Shown here piece by piece: positions 50,606 through 64,000 of a stretch of 64,000 nucleotides of DNA (the first letter of the stretch is position 1; every line of letters begins with the position of its first letter). The notes under the pieces are model-generated. The model made no database searches. It had not been told where the DNA came from and saw nothing but the letters and a program-made list of their open reading frames with translations. The stretch is taken from positions 4,158,123-4,222,122 of the forward strand of contig NW_002060944.1 of assembly GCF_000150275.1 (NCBI RefSeq). The letters run 5' to 3'. The DNA comes from Trichoplax adhaerens. Taxonomy: Eukaryota > Animalia > Placozoa. The translations under genes and the position numbers were made by a program.

Positions 50606-53600
50606 ATGTCCCTTGAAGCAAACACCAATAGATTAAATTATAGAAGGAAAAGCATTGAAGTATTAGGTTTAGGAGATAACATAACGCCGCGCACTCCAAA
50701 TTCAGCAGGAGAAGGAACAAAAAGTAAATTTAATTTTAAAATTAAGCCGTCATGGAGAAGTGGATCCAAGTCACGCAAGGGTCCCGAAGATCCAGAAGAG
50801 AAGATAGCTCAAGTTAGCCGTGATCTAGAACGCGGTGTTGCAATTTTACACTATGTCTGTGCTTTCATCGGCGACACCAACTACGAGTATAATGGATATT
50901 ACGGATACTTTGGTTTAGCCGTGTGGTGTCTTTCGTTGACGCTGCATTTTTCCTTCGATTTTTACGACGCTTTTGCAGTTTATCAATCAGCCTGGGGTCC
51001 AGCATTAGGTGTATTTTTTGTAGCTTTTTGCACTCTTTCATATTGGACAGTAACGAGAACTGTACCTTGGGTTGCCGTGGCATTAAGAACTTTACGTGAT
51101 GATTCGATAGGAGGCTATACGTATTTCAAAACTATTGAAATTACATCGTTTGTGTGCAAGGTTTGTTTCAAAATGTATATATATATATATTAAAAGGGTT
51201 TATTCATAGTAGTCCGCGTCTTAATGATACTTTAAGAAGGCAGAAAAAAATTAGTGCTATATATTATGTCTTAAGTTTGAATTATTTTTTCTTTTATAGT
51301 TACGTACAAAAAAAATTATAAGTACGGTATATTTTCTTAATAAGTTAATTAATAATTCTTATAATAAACCACGATAACAACAAATCAAAGGTGATTACAA
51401 CTATAGAAATATATTATCCTCGTTAGTATTTATTTTAAAAAAATATACTGCTGAGTTTAATTCTTTGTCTCATAAAGATAGTAGTAAAAATTTGCTTTAA
51501 TGACATTTAATCGCACTATGCAGCGAAAATAATAATCTATATTATCTTATAATTTTAACACATCATAATTTCGCTTAGTCCTTCTGTTTTTATCCTTTAT
51601 ATAATTATAAATCGGATATGCTAAGTACTGTACAAATTTATTTATCATTTAGGCGCTTCCTATTATTATTCCATTTGTTGGACTTTTCAGTACTGGAGGA
51701 CAATACCTATGCTATGCTATCGATAATGCTTTAACCGTTAATATTTCATCAATTCCAGCCTTATCTTCAGTTAATATGACTGGTTTAAATTGGGTATCCG
51801 ATACGTTAAGTGCAGTGCGCTTTTTTTCACTCTTACATGTCTTATCTGGCTATTGGGTATTTAATTTATGTCAGCTTGTTTTACTATTTCTTGTTGGAAT
51901 GTCTATGATTGAATTTCAAGGTATAATAGCATTATATACTTATCTCATTTTGATATGACTAAATATACTTTTTTTGTTGGTGATATACAGGTAGATAATT
52001 AGTCCATTTTTATTGTATTGCGTTCTATATTAGTACTTAATGTTGTATTGTATCCTACTGTTCAAAAATCGAATGATATAGTAATATTATACCGCCTTAT
52101 TGACAACCCCAAACTAATTATAATTATTATTGCTATTAGAACAAGTCAAGCCAAAGTTGAAATCACATACCGGCAGTTATACTTTTCAGCAAGCGGTTGC
52201 TGATATATCTAACAGAGCAAGATTTATAAGGGATGCCTCTAAAAGTGGAACTGTAAGTGCTATTAGTGATTTAAACTCCTGTTTGATTTGCATATAAAGT
52301 TAAAATGGAGAAAAGCACATGTGATTTAATAATATAATGAAATGTTAATGTCATTTATGTGGAGATTGATAAATTCGAATTGTTGTTCCTTGAGAATCCC
52401 CATACTTTAATATTCAATACTGCAAAATAATAATTCTGTACTGGGATAGAACTTTTATTGACAGTGGAAATATTATGATAAACATTAAAAAATTTAGATT
52501 CAATTTAAACAATAATCTTATATTATGTTACTTCGAGATAGAATCCATAAATTGATTTTATTTTATAAAAATAATACTACAGTGTCTGTGCAGTATTCAG
52601 ATTTATTAATAAAAATTTATTTCCTTGAAGTAAGCTATAGACTACTAAAATGCATGGGATAGTGTATCTAGTAATCCATAAAAAATCGCAAAACAAATAA
52701 TAATAGCAACAACGAAGCGATTGATTAAGCAATAGCTAAAAACAATACAGTTCTGTGTTTTTACAAAGTATTCAGAGTTCTAGTAGTAGTACTATGTGAT
52801 TTAATTATTAGAAAAATATTTATATGAATTTGAAATTTCATTATATTTGACTTAAAATACAAGATAGCTTGAAAGTAGAGAGCATTCCCTTAAGAATATT
52901 TAAGCATACAAGTATTGTTGTATCAAATAATGCTTTCAATGGTCTATAATCATATTTACCTCCATCGAAACTGTTTTGTTACATGACCATGTAATGGAGA
53001 ATATGTTTTATATTGATATTAATGTGTTTTTATCGAATTTATTGATTAATATTCTACGTATTTTATAAAATTCCGTATACCGTATAAATTCTAAGTACTA
53101 ACGCATGATATACTTTCATCTTTTGTAATATTATAGCACGTTATGACAATGCTCATGGTCAGCAGCAGCGTATCATTTGTACTCAATATGTATAGCTTTT
53201 TCTACATGAAAGTATTCGCCATTTATATGTGGTTTGCTGTCGTTCCTGGTACAATATCCTTGTCAATGTTATTACTGTCGGCATGGGTTACAAGCGTTTA
53301 TCGGAATTATCGCGTTACTGTTGTTAAAGCTTGGGTGGAAAGGAAGGAGGATAGCGAAGAAGAATCAGAAGACGATGAATCGGATGGCAAATCATATTTC
53401 ACTGCTATGAGAGAGCGAATTAATAGTGTTTTCAAGCGCAAAAAATTAAAAACTAAAAAAGAAAGAGATTTCTTAGTTTTGGATAAGAGATTTATTATGC
53501 CCCCACATTTTCCAATTGTCACCATGCCCGAGATTGCCAGTAGTGAAATCTATCCGAAAGAAGAGATCACGTATTTAAAAAAGATGGAAGAAGAAGAAAC

Positions 53601-55101
53601 AGACGATGAAAGATCTACGAAGAGTAGATTTTCATTTGTTCGCCGCAGAAAAGGTAAATTGTCACTTAAAAATCGTAACGAAAAATCGAATTCTTCCGCT
53701 CCAAAAGCAGCTTTCAGAAAGCTTCCTTCAACAATTGTTATTGAGCCGCCATCAAGCTATGTAGACCCGGACATACTAGATAAATCTGATAATGAAGAAG
53801 AGCACCCCAAAGATAATGAGGTAGGCAAGGGCATCCTTCAAGTTAGCAGTGTCGAATCTGATCATTCAGAAGACCAGGAAGCACCTCAGGAATATTCGGT
53901 TGAAAATGAATTTAATTTATCAAACGAGAAATTTTTGCATCCTGCTCCTGCCACGAAAGGTGATGCATTGAATACTTTACTACCGCCTATTGATAGCCCT
54001 ATTAAACTATCAGCGCCACTGAGAACCAGCCGACGCCATTCCAGCTCTGGAAGAGTAGAATCTGTTCCGCTTGGTGAATCACCTTCACTAGGAGGCCAAA
54101 GTAATTCCAGAGGTTCATTGACTGGATCACACGGTATCCCTTCTACTCTTCCAAATGAATTGCCAAAAGTCGATGAAGTTGATTCTACGACCGATGCTAT
54201 TAGCAAGATTAAAGAACAATTTGCTCATGGTTTGCCCAAAGATGCTGATTTTTTAAGAGAAAAATTGTTACAATCATCGTTTAATGGAAATATAAAGACT
54301 AATAAAGTATCTAAGGAATTGGTACGATCACAATCTTTTAATTCGCTACCAACGGCTGGCATCTTCTCTGACGATAAAGAACCAGTAGACGTAATGACTC
54401 GCTTTATTGATCAACGCCCGCATAGCAGACCTCCAAGTCTTGAATCCCTAAACGATACTAATGATATATCTCGCCCATCATCGTCGAATAAGAAAGGATC
54501 GAAGAAAGTTTCAATCAAATCCTTAATTTCAATTAAATCCGATCCTGACGAATACAGTAGCAACATTACCACGGCACAAGTTAGGATAAGCAATGATCAA
54601 TTTACTAATGAAACTTCCAACAAGAGCAAAACAAATCCTGAAGCTGGTAATCCAAAATCGACTGCACCTGTCCTACGATCGTCTAGTGAAGAAGGAACAT
54701 CGTCAACTTTATCGGTTTCGAAAACTAATGTATGGAAAAAGCTCAGTCTGAAGAGAAATCGTGACGAAATTAGTGAAAAAAGCGAAAATGAAGATACAGA
54801 ACCAGAGCCATCAACAGAGACTCAGCCAAGGACCAAATATACGACGGCAAAATTGCTTACAACAATGCGTGGCATATCAAAGGCGTTTGGCAAAGTACAA
54901 CATAAACGAAAAATGCAACATTTTAATTTCAGAAAATACATTGTATATTTAGATAACTTCCTTCCCACGGTGGGTTATCAGATTGGTGGTAAAGTTATTC
55001 AACGCGATACCATAGTCTTATATTTGGTCTTTATGCTATCATTTCTGGCATTATTTGCACAAGAAAAGCTATTTGGCCAGACAGCACAACTAGGAACATA
55101 G
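50606..55101 (+). CDS. Gustatory-receptor-like / 7TM ion channel (7TMIC) superfamily candidate with a very large last intracellular loop; exons 50606-51160, 51653-51920, 52140-52252, 53137-55101; ~966 aa
   Basis: The in-frame splice model is 2901 nt. Six hydrophobic segments are followed by a ~550-aa acidic/Ser-rich region, then YIVYLDNFLPTVGYQIGGKVIQRDTIVLYLVFMLSFLALFAQEK, resembling the GRL/DUF3537 TM7a-TM7b signature (T/S-Y/F-hhhhh-Q). The gene model is solid; the family call is by motif only. Confidence 0.72.
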
Positions 55102-57644
55102 TCGTTGTGTGCTTTTTTTTCATTTTAAAGTAATTATTACATAATTGAAATTAAAATGAATTTAAGTTATACTGATGTCACATTTATTAGCATCTTAAAA
55201 TGTCTTTCAAAAAAGATACTTAATCAAGATCGTACAGTAAACTGTGCATTGTTATGTGCAGTTATCCGATACTAATATCATTAGTCGGTACTCTTGTTAT
55301 ATAGTGCATCGGAGGAAATTCTAAGTTCAACTATGGGTCTTGTAGAATTGATATCATAGTTTAGCTAGAATTCCACCCAGTTATTATTTTTGATTATCCT
55401 TTCCATCTTCATGGTTAAGGTATTATTATTGGTATTGCAGGTATTATACCATAAGTTCTAGACATTAAATTGCAATTGAATGTAGTTTAAGTCTTATATT
55501 ATCCTGTTGGTACTTAAGGTACTATATATATATTTCTATTTCTATATAAATTATAAATTTTACGGATAGAAGTAGGTACTTTCCTATACAGAAGGTGCTT
55601 CTGTTAATATTGTTATTTTATACATCTTCAAATATTGTATATTATCTTTTTCATACCATTTCATAATGTTTAACGCGATAATTGAAAGAAAATTTAAATC
55701 TCCTATAATTTTGATTAACAGTAATCATATCTGGATACTTATCGTTACTTCAATATAAGAAAGATTCTGAGGTATACTAATAGTACGTTGAATTGATTTC
55801 AACTGCAAATTGTATATCGAACAGTGTAAAATATTGCCAAATTAGATTGCTTTTCCGCTTTCATACTATATTCATTTACTAAGATCACATTGTACAGTAT
55901 GATATTCATCTGTATCTGTTATTCCTATTGCTATTGTTACATTTCTTACGTATTTGGTTAGGCGATTACCATTAATTATCTTTTTAAATCTTTTGGTAAT
56001 GCAATGTTCGAAATAATTTTCTTTGAACTACTGTATACATTATTTTATACATGTCTAATGATTTAAGATATTATAATCAATTGAATATTGTTATTTATAA
56101 GGATACAATTTGACAATATTAAAGTTGTCGTTTGAAGTAATTATCTATAACGTGAGGGCATATTATCATACCCATGGTATTGGAAAGCCGGCTAAATTGT
56201 ATGCTTGTGACATAGTTGCTAAGGGGCTAAATATAAAATCCAAGTTAATAATCAATCAGAATGAATTTCGATATTGTACGAAGTGCAAAAGAGGAAAATG
56301 ATTTGAATGCAAATTTATTTAAAAGATGTAGAATAGTATCCCATTCATCTCTGCCATGTCCATTTTTATATAAATCTTGTTCGCGATGAACCTTATCCTC
56401 TTGATCCATTTTTCCGGCCCATTCCTCGACTGTCCGAGGGACAAAAAAAGACAATTCGACTAGTATGATCCCTTGCCATTCCACTCTTGTATACAACATG
56501 TTTGCACGTTTATTACTATTAATGTTATGAAATTGTTGGCTCAGTAAACTTGACATTAATATCCGATATTGTACAAAATAATTTATCTACAGAAGAAGAA
56601 TCGGATCGATTGAGGCCGGGTGGGTTAGGGTTGGATCGTGTTTCAAGCAAATGTTGCCTCTTCGGTTCGAGCTGAGTCAAGCTGTTAATCTTATCGTTTT
56701 GCAGCTTTCCGCTACCTATGTTATTTATTGCCCTTCAGTTTAGTAAAATCTGGTGTTTTACAAAATGTTATCCTTGCTGGAAGACCAATATTGAAAGGTC
56801 AATACTGTACCAGGGCTGTAGTACAACTTAGCTCGGATTTGGATGGAATGAGTTATTTTGAATTTCTTATTTCAATTGAGTCTATACCTACAGTTTATTC
56901 TGTTACTACTGTACTTCAGAGGGTTCTTTCTTTCTTAAAAAAATGGACATTTCACAAAATAATTTTATTATTCTAGATGTAAATTTAATAATTACAATGT
57001 TGCAAGGCTTTTGTGAGGCTTAATTCAGGGCATTAGCAGTCATTCGGATAGAATCGCTTACTTTGCAGACCAGAATATTTTCATTCATTTAACTAGGGAT
57101 TTGTGTGTATGGACCAGAATCTGGCGATAATCTCAAGATAGTAAAATTAAGAGAAAATATCCTCAAAACCTTCATATATGTACTTAATTATAGCAGGGAT
57201 GCCTAATGCAAGGACTTCTAAGAAGAAATTGTGAGAAGCATCTACCTGCATTTTATGACATTTGCAGTCCCGACACTAACTTGTACCTGCTACGCGTTAC
57301 ATGCGTACCATGACAGTAATCTATTGCAAAGGTCCAGGATAGCACATTAGTCCATTTACAGTATAATACTAATATTACGGTAACATACTATGTACCGTCT
57401 AGTGAGGACGGAGTTGTGGCTACACTAGTGAACCAAATGTAGAGGAGCAGTGGCCCCACCGACGCGGATTGAAGACCCATTAATTCTACTAGTTCTACGA
57501 GCATATCAAGAAATTAAAGGATTATATAGCATATATTATTTCATCAGAATTTAGCCTTCATGAGATAAAATAGCTTACCAGAGAATGAATCTTGGCATGG
57601 AATGTATTGGATGATCTACACATATAGCACTCATTCTATTCGTT

Positions 57645-60600
57645 ATGATGCACGATAACAATTTTATGCAACGTCTAGCAGCTCAACTTTCCAGCCGCAT
57701 TTTATCATCATTTAAGTCGGTCTATTACAATCAATCGTCTCTAGAATTAGAGAAGAAACTTAAGGATGATGAAATATCAGATATTGCAGCAACTATCGCA
57801 AATGACATTAATTCTATTGTAGATGTTGTCTGGAAACAGGAGAAATTTATTGAAAAGCATTGTCTGGAAAGATTAGTCCATGCTTGGATCTGCCAAGAGT
57901 TATTTACAAATCAATTTCCTTGCAATCATGCCGTCACAGTCGGACAGGCCAATTTTAGAGTAAAATTTCCAATGTTGCCAAAATTGGATCTAAATTTATA
58001 TATTGCAATCGTTAAAAACCGAAGGTGGGAGCTATTCCTATGCGAAGTAAGTATCTTGCCGTAAAATAATTTCATTTTTGTGTAAACCCTCGCCGAAGCT
58101 TTTGCAATCTTCCTCGATGCATAGGCTCGCGAGATAACGTAGTGCACTCAACAAGGATACTTCAGTTCTCATGCGTTAATTACAAAAAATGCTTTAATTA
58201 AATAATGAATGAAAAACGATACGATGGATAGAATAGAAATGTATGACGACTTTTATTTCACAACAGTATATTCAGTAGCACAAGCCCTGCAATGTTTACT
58301 ATAGCACACACTGATGTTAGATAGTTGTGTCGCAGTAATGTCTAAAGCTTACACTGAGTATTTATTTTTTATTATTATTCTTTGATAACCAGTCTGTCAA
58401 CGTCGTCGATGAATCCTTTGCAAAGAAATTTTTACAAGCTGTGATAACAACATTTGATAAGAGGGATCTCATCAACGCTAATCACTTTATTTATAAGCTA
58501 TTTCTATTATCTTTGCAAGAATGGAAAGAAATCACCTCAAAGCAAAATAGGTTATTGATACTGAGCAAATTTCCCATGTGGATCCAACTCGTTTCCTCGT
58601 TAGGAAACGACTATTTATTCAATAGTAATATTGGACACGAAGTCGTAGAGTTAATAATGGATTACTGTATAGCTCTAATAAACCTATGGATACAACAAGA
58701 TGCAAAGCAACAATCTATCAATTCCATACCTATTGAAGAAAGGTATGTTGCTAAAGATATTCTAACAGGTTTGATGCTGAGCTCGCCTGCTGCCAAAGAT
58801 AGTGAATTGAAAAGTAAGGGCCTAAAGGTTGAAGACCTTAAAAACATTAGTGAACTTTGCAGGCAACGGCAATCTACATCCTACATTTTACATCATGATC
58901 GGGACGTCGTTTTACAAAACTTGAAATCAAATATATGTTATGATAGCCCCAATGGTAAATATATATACGATGTTAGACCTGATAGGGTAGCAATTTTTCA
59001 GCAAATTAAGATTGCCTTAACATTCGTACTCTCAACGTATGAGAAGATATTACACTATCTGAGTTCTTGGACAACGGAAGATCATTTTAGCTCGATAAAA
59101 GATAAATTATTATGTGTATTATTATTTAACAAATGGTTATTCCATAACTCTACACTTTCATTAGATCCTAAAACGGAAGAAATTGTAAGTTTCTTCATGG
59201 AAATTAGAAACGAGTGTAAAGTTTTCTCCAATTTCAGTGTTAATTTTTGTCAATTTTGACCAATATCTCTTAATTTGTATTGCCTATAATAGATTAATAA
59301 CAAATTAGATGGTATGCCAGAGAAACCGCTGTCTGAAACAGAAGTGGTTGCTTTCATCAAGGATCAAAACTTTATAAATCACAGTCCCAGCAAGGAAAAA
59401 ATAGAAATAACAGTCATGAATGAAGCATCATTGCAATCTTCTTTAAATGAAATTGAGGGGACTTCGTTACCTTCTACAGGTATAAAATAATTGAAGAACT
59501 TGTTTACTGCTACTTGATGATGCAATATATTTAATCTGACGAATCTTTTAGATTCAATAATATGGCTGCTAAACAATTCCTCTGAATGGATAAACGTTGA
59601 AAGCTCTAAGATAAGGTTTTTTATACCAGCTAATTGCAGGCAACCTAAAAATTTTACTTCATACTTTATGATTTTATCTTCATTTTTCATTCGCAGAGTT
59701 TTGAAATGCTTTCTTCAACATGGAACTCTCCTTGCGTCTGCTAGGTAGATGCGTATCTTCGCTTGTAGATTATAATTATCCACAGCAGTCATGATGGTCC
59801 TGATTATACCATGTCTTAGTTTTATTTTGATGATAGATTTAGCTCATTGGATCTTACATCTTTTTAATTAATATGGTTGATTATAGCAACTTCATACAAC
59901 TGTTTGATATTGCTGTGAAATCTAACGCACTAAATGACTACCGCAATATCGACGCTAGAACAAATTTTGAATCTGGCAATCAATATTTTAAGGAGGTATA
60001 TCTCTGGATATTCATGGATTCTTCTAATGTACAGTATGTTGCTGTTGATGTTATTTTTGATAATACAATTTTCATTACGATAAAGATATTGCTTCAGTCT
60101 TATCAGCAACTATCGCTTTTTGAGCAAACCGAAGTACAAGTTAATGCCTTGAAAACAATGGAAACCAATCGTAGCGGTTAGTTCAAATTTTAATACGTGA
60201 TGTATGAAATCTAATATTATAAAGCCTACTAATCGTGTATTTTATGATTAAACCAATTGATGATGTGGAATAGCATTTATAAACAATGGTGATTGGTTGG
60301 AAGCCGAGCTAATAAACCTTCTAAATCGTATTGTCGTATCCGATACATCAAATGAGGATGCCAATAGAACTATTTTTAGCACAATGTCTTTTTTAGCTCT
60401 TACTTCTCCGTACATTGTAATTTATCAAGTTTTACTAGCAGCAGTTCAGCAAGTAAATAAAAGCGATCCCCTAATAGAGGTATACTGGCAACTTTTAATA
60501 AATATTGAATTAAAAGTTAATAGTTCAATTAATACTATTTTTATCTTAAGTTTTTATTTAGCGTTTCGACAATATGCCGCTTCCGTTCTGCCTGTCAGCG

Positions 60601-63073
60601 TCTAACAACAATTTGTAATGCAGTGCATGAATGTGCACATCAAGTGAAAAGTGACATGCAAATTAAGTGTTTTCTTCATCTTATTTCGGTGATACTCAAT
60701 GTGAGTTATTTAATTTTAAACGAAGAGAAGTGATTAAATACAGTAATTTCATTGATTTATCTAGAAGTTAGAAGCTATAGCTGATTGAAGCATATTAAAT
60801 CAAGGTTCATCTTATATATTATATGAAAGGATAAATCATGGAACATTTCAATCCTGGATGAGTCTATTCCAGTCACTGTAAAGAGCTTAATCCATGTAGA
60901 TAAGCTGTTACAAGTTGTTGTCTTGCCGTATTTGAATCTCCATGAACATGGAGGTGTCGGAGTTATAACAACTTTAAAGTTGTTGAATATAGCGATTAAT
61001 TTTTTAGGTAAGTTTACGGTAACTATGATGGCGTTATGAATGTATCTCTAAAGGAATGTGGCTTTATTAATACAAGGAATTCTTTTTCTTGAATAGATTG
61101 TAACGACGATATCACATGGACATCGCCAATATTACCTATATTGAGGCGTCTTTGTGAGTTACTTGACAATGTAAGACTAATCAAGGATCCAAATTCTGCA
61201 GAAATTTGTACATTAACCGCTAATGCAATGGGTAGGCTTACACAGATATTGAAAATGGCAATGAGAAATGGTTAGTTTATCATTTAATAGCTATGAGTTG
61301 CACATAAGTTATATTTTAAAACGGTTGACGAAAGGTTTTGACAAGCTATGCATTCTTTACACTTAGAAACTGAAATACTGAAGAATGCTGTCACATGGTT
61401 ATTCAGAAGTATAAAACATTTAGGTTTGCATTTAAATACTAAAATATAGTGGGTGCAAGACTGATATCTATAATACTCTGAAAATATAGTTTTAAATCTT
61501 ATGCTTAAAGTAATATTTTCTATAATATAAGATTGGCAGGTTGGACTTTACATGGAAGCACTGTATGAATTTACTGAATACCATCAAGAGGTCTTCTTAG
61601 GATTAATTTAGCAGTTCGGGCTACTATTTACATTAGCATTAAAGCGAAGCAGATTCAAACGATTATAATTATTCAATGTTTATATCAGATCCCCGCCTCT
61701 ATCTTTAAGATTTGCGCAATATCAAATCATTATTTCGGAACATTTCGTTCACTTCCTTACGGTAAATTTAATGATATAAGCTATCAATTTATGCTACTTT
61801 GTGTCAAGTCATAGAAATATTTTATTTTTATAATTATAGTGATGATGTAATCACGTATAACATAACTTTTATTACAGACGAAGAACCTTTTGTTGGCTTT
61901 TTTCAATGTTGCATGGCATCTAATTCCTTAAAGGATTTCTTTACTGAGGTGAGCTTTGTTTGTTATGGACGATTAATATAATCTATATTTTTAAGAAAAT
62001 TCTTTGGATGTTTCTATTCTGTGCATGTTAATCAGGCGGCAAGCTATGATGTATCTTTATCAGTTCAGAATAGGGAAAAGAAAGTTATTCATGCGTTAGG
62101 ATTGGTAATATACGTAGTGCATGGAGTCCAATCTATTCAAAATATTGTCATAAAAAATCTCAAACATATGTGAAAAATGATATCCTATGCTCGATTTTTT
62201 ATTTACATTAGTTATTGCCAATTTGTAATGGAGATGAGTTTGGAAGAATTATTTCAACTTTGATGATTTTACTTGAAAAACGCATTGTCGTAGTCTCGAG
62301 TGAAATAATGGAAAATGTCACAAACGCGAAAATTAAACAACGCTTAACATTATCGACTATCGTACGTCGTGTTTTTGATAAAGTCTTGCAGTTTTACCGT
62401 GAGGAATTTGTCAGTAATTATTGCTTGGGTTATATTATAAAACTCTACGTGCAGTGGATGAAGGTTAGTACAGAGTACTTCATTTGTTTCGTGATGCAAT
62501 ATGCTCGGCGCAATGACATCCTTTTTGCGTGGATATTGCATATGAATATAGTGTGATGATGAATATTTTTTTATTGTGTCTGTTGTGTGCATGCCTATGA
62601 GACCATTTATGTGTCTTACGATGCTTTTACTACAATATTTTTATCAGAACCTTTGTGATGTACATTTGGACGAGTGCAACAGAGAAACTGATCAGGTTTG
62701 ATTTATTATATTGTGGTTTAATTTGGTCTTGTACGTCAGATGTAGTTTATTGTCTTGATATTATATGCAGTCATTGTGATTTGTGAAATAAATCATAATT
62801 TAATAGGTAGATCAAGTGAATATCATGCTTCAGTACCTATTTGACGACGTCGCGTCTATAACGATCTTACTTCCAGAGTGCTATCAAGAGCTAAGTTTAT
62901 CGTTGCTTCTCGAAATTATTGCAGTGACTGAATTGCATTCAACTAAATTAGAAAACGGTAATTCCTTAGAATTTATTTACAGCGTTGTTAAGAAGATGCG
63001 TTTACATAGTGATCACGACAGCAACGTTATCAAACAAAGAGTCGTTTCTGCATTGGACAATATAAATTCTTGA
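57645..63073 (+). CDS. Large uncharacterised multi-exon, helical (alpha-solenoid-like) protein; first exons 57645-58046, 58393-59184, 59293-59479, then many short exons to the stop at 63073
   Basis: A chain of same-strand ORF segments bounded by GT-AG sites. Phases were checked for the first six exons only. The sequence is Leu/Ile-rich and amphipathic with no recognisable catalytic motif. Confidence 0.7.
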
Positions 63074-64000
63074 AGAAAAAATCCTACGGAGTAACTCCTG
63101 CTTTTACTGGATTGGATAAAAAATTATAGATTTATATTGAGATGAGAGTATAATTATATCATTTTTATTTCTAAAATTGAATACTTTGCCTGGAGTCATT
63201 TTGTGAGTTATGTGGAGAATTAGGTGATTGACTGAGAGTTTACTGCGAAGGAACAAATGAGATGGTTATAACTATGCAATACAGTAATTCGTATCAAAGG
63301 ATAGAGAAAGCCGATCTCATGAGTGTTGTACAAGGAATTCTTTGGAATCTTACTAACCTTTATTAAAGAGTATCACGCGTTGTAGACTGCAACGATTCAC
63401 GTGGACTACTCTGGGCGCTGTTTGTTTTGTAGGATGTACTCACGTGCGAGTACAAATAATTATTTCCATCTATAGTTGTAGCGCTTTCAAATAAGGTTTG
63501 ACAATTTTACCTTCAGCTTAACGATTCGATTAATTCATGGTTCAGTAATATTATTGGCTTCTATGGGCTACGACTTCGTAATCGTTATGTCCGATTTTAA
63601 TGATGTAAGAACTAAATGAAATATCATGAACGTCAAGTTGACAGTAATAATTTTATTAAACAAAGTCTACTTTAAATCAACAACCTTCAAACTTTAAATC
63701 AATGACATTATGAACGGTGTTGCATTGTAATATGTACATGTATACCCAATATGTTTAGAGTGTAACGCTATGTTAAACCTGTTCTTATTTTCTGTATTGC
63801 TATCCTTTTACTATAAAACAAGCAAAAAGTAATATTTGATGGTGCGTAGTTTTCTAAATCAACTTTGACATACTGCTGATCTCGATATCGCCCACGCAAA
63901 TCCAGATTTAAAAAATAAGTTTTTACACTTCTAATTGTTTACATCGAAGAGTTACAAAAAGTTTGTTTTCATCACAAATCGATATTGGCATATTGATTGA

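Noticed and set aside
53307-54952. Antisense and alternate-frame ORFs within the long GRL-like exon
   Set aside because: Shadow ORFs of a long coding exon.
56622-56632. GGGTTAGGGTT telomere-like motif
   Set aside because: Fewer than two full units; expected by chance.
1-64000. An autonomous Tc1/mariner transposase that could explain the footprints
   Set aside because: No DDE/DDD transposase ORF or long CAGT..ACTG TIR pair was seen in this window, so any source element must be elsewhere or extinct.

Overview
AT-rich, gene-dense eukaryotic DNA with short GT-AG introns and an animal-type gene set. It most resembles a placozoan such as Trichoplax; this is an inference from composition and gene content, not a search result. 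I spliced most gene models by hand and checked frame and phase: a two-exon rhodopsin-class GPCR, RPL35 (with a 5' TOP tract), SELENOF (in-frame UGA plus a 3'UTR SECIS), IVNS1ABP, PNPO, TMEM203, GTF2H4 (17 exons), BBLN/C9orf16, a ZDHHC24-like palmitoyltransferase, an AK5-like kinase with three AK domains, and a GRL/7TMIC-like membrane protein with a ~550-aa insertion. One large uncharacterised multi-exon gene is only partly spliced. A GPCR pseudogene fragment and several tandem or inverted repeats are also present. The strongest unexplained signal is non-coding: dense mixed TACAG/TACTG arrays cluster near several gene 5' ends. In a 98-bp tandem array upstream of PNPO, paralogous copies differ by TA->TACAGTA or TA->TACTGTA insertions, the canonical Tc1/mariner excision footprint. 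I infer that these promoters have been repeatedly hit by cut-and-paste transposons and have accumulated excision scars, and that the scars may also seed new minisatellites.
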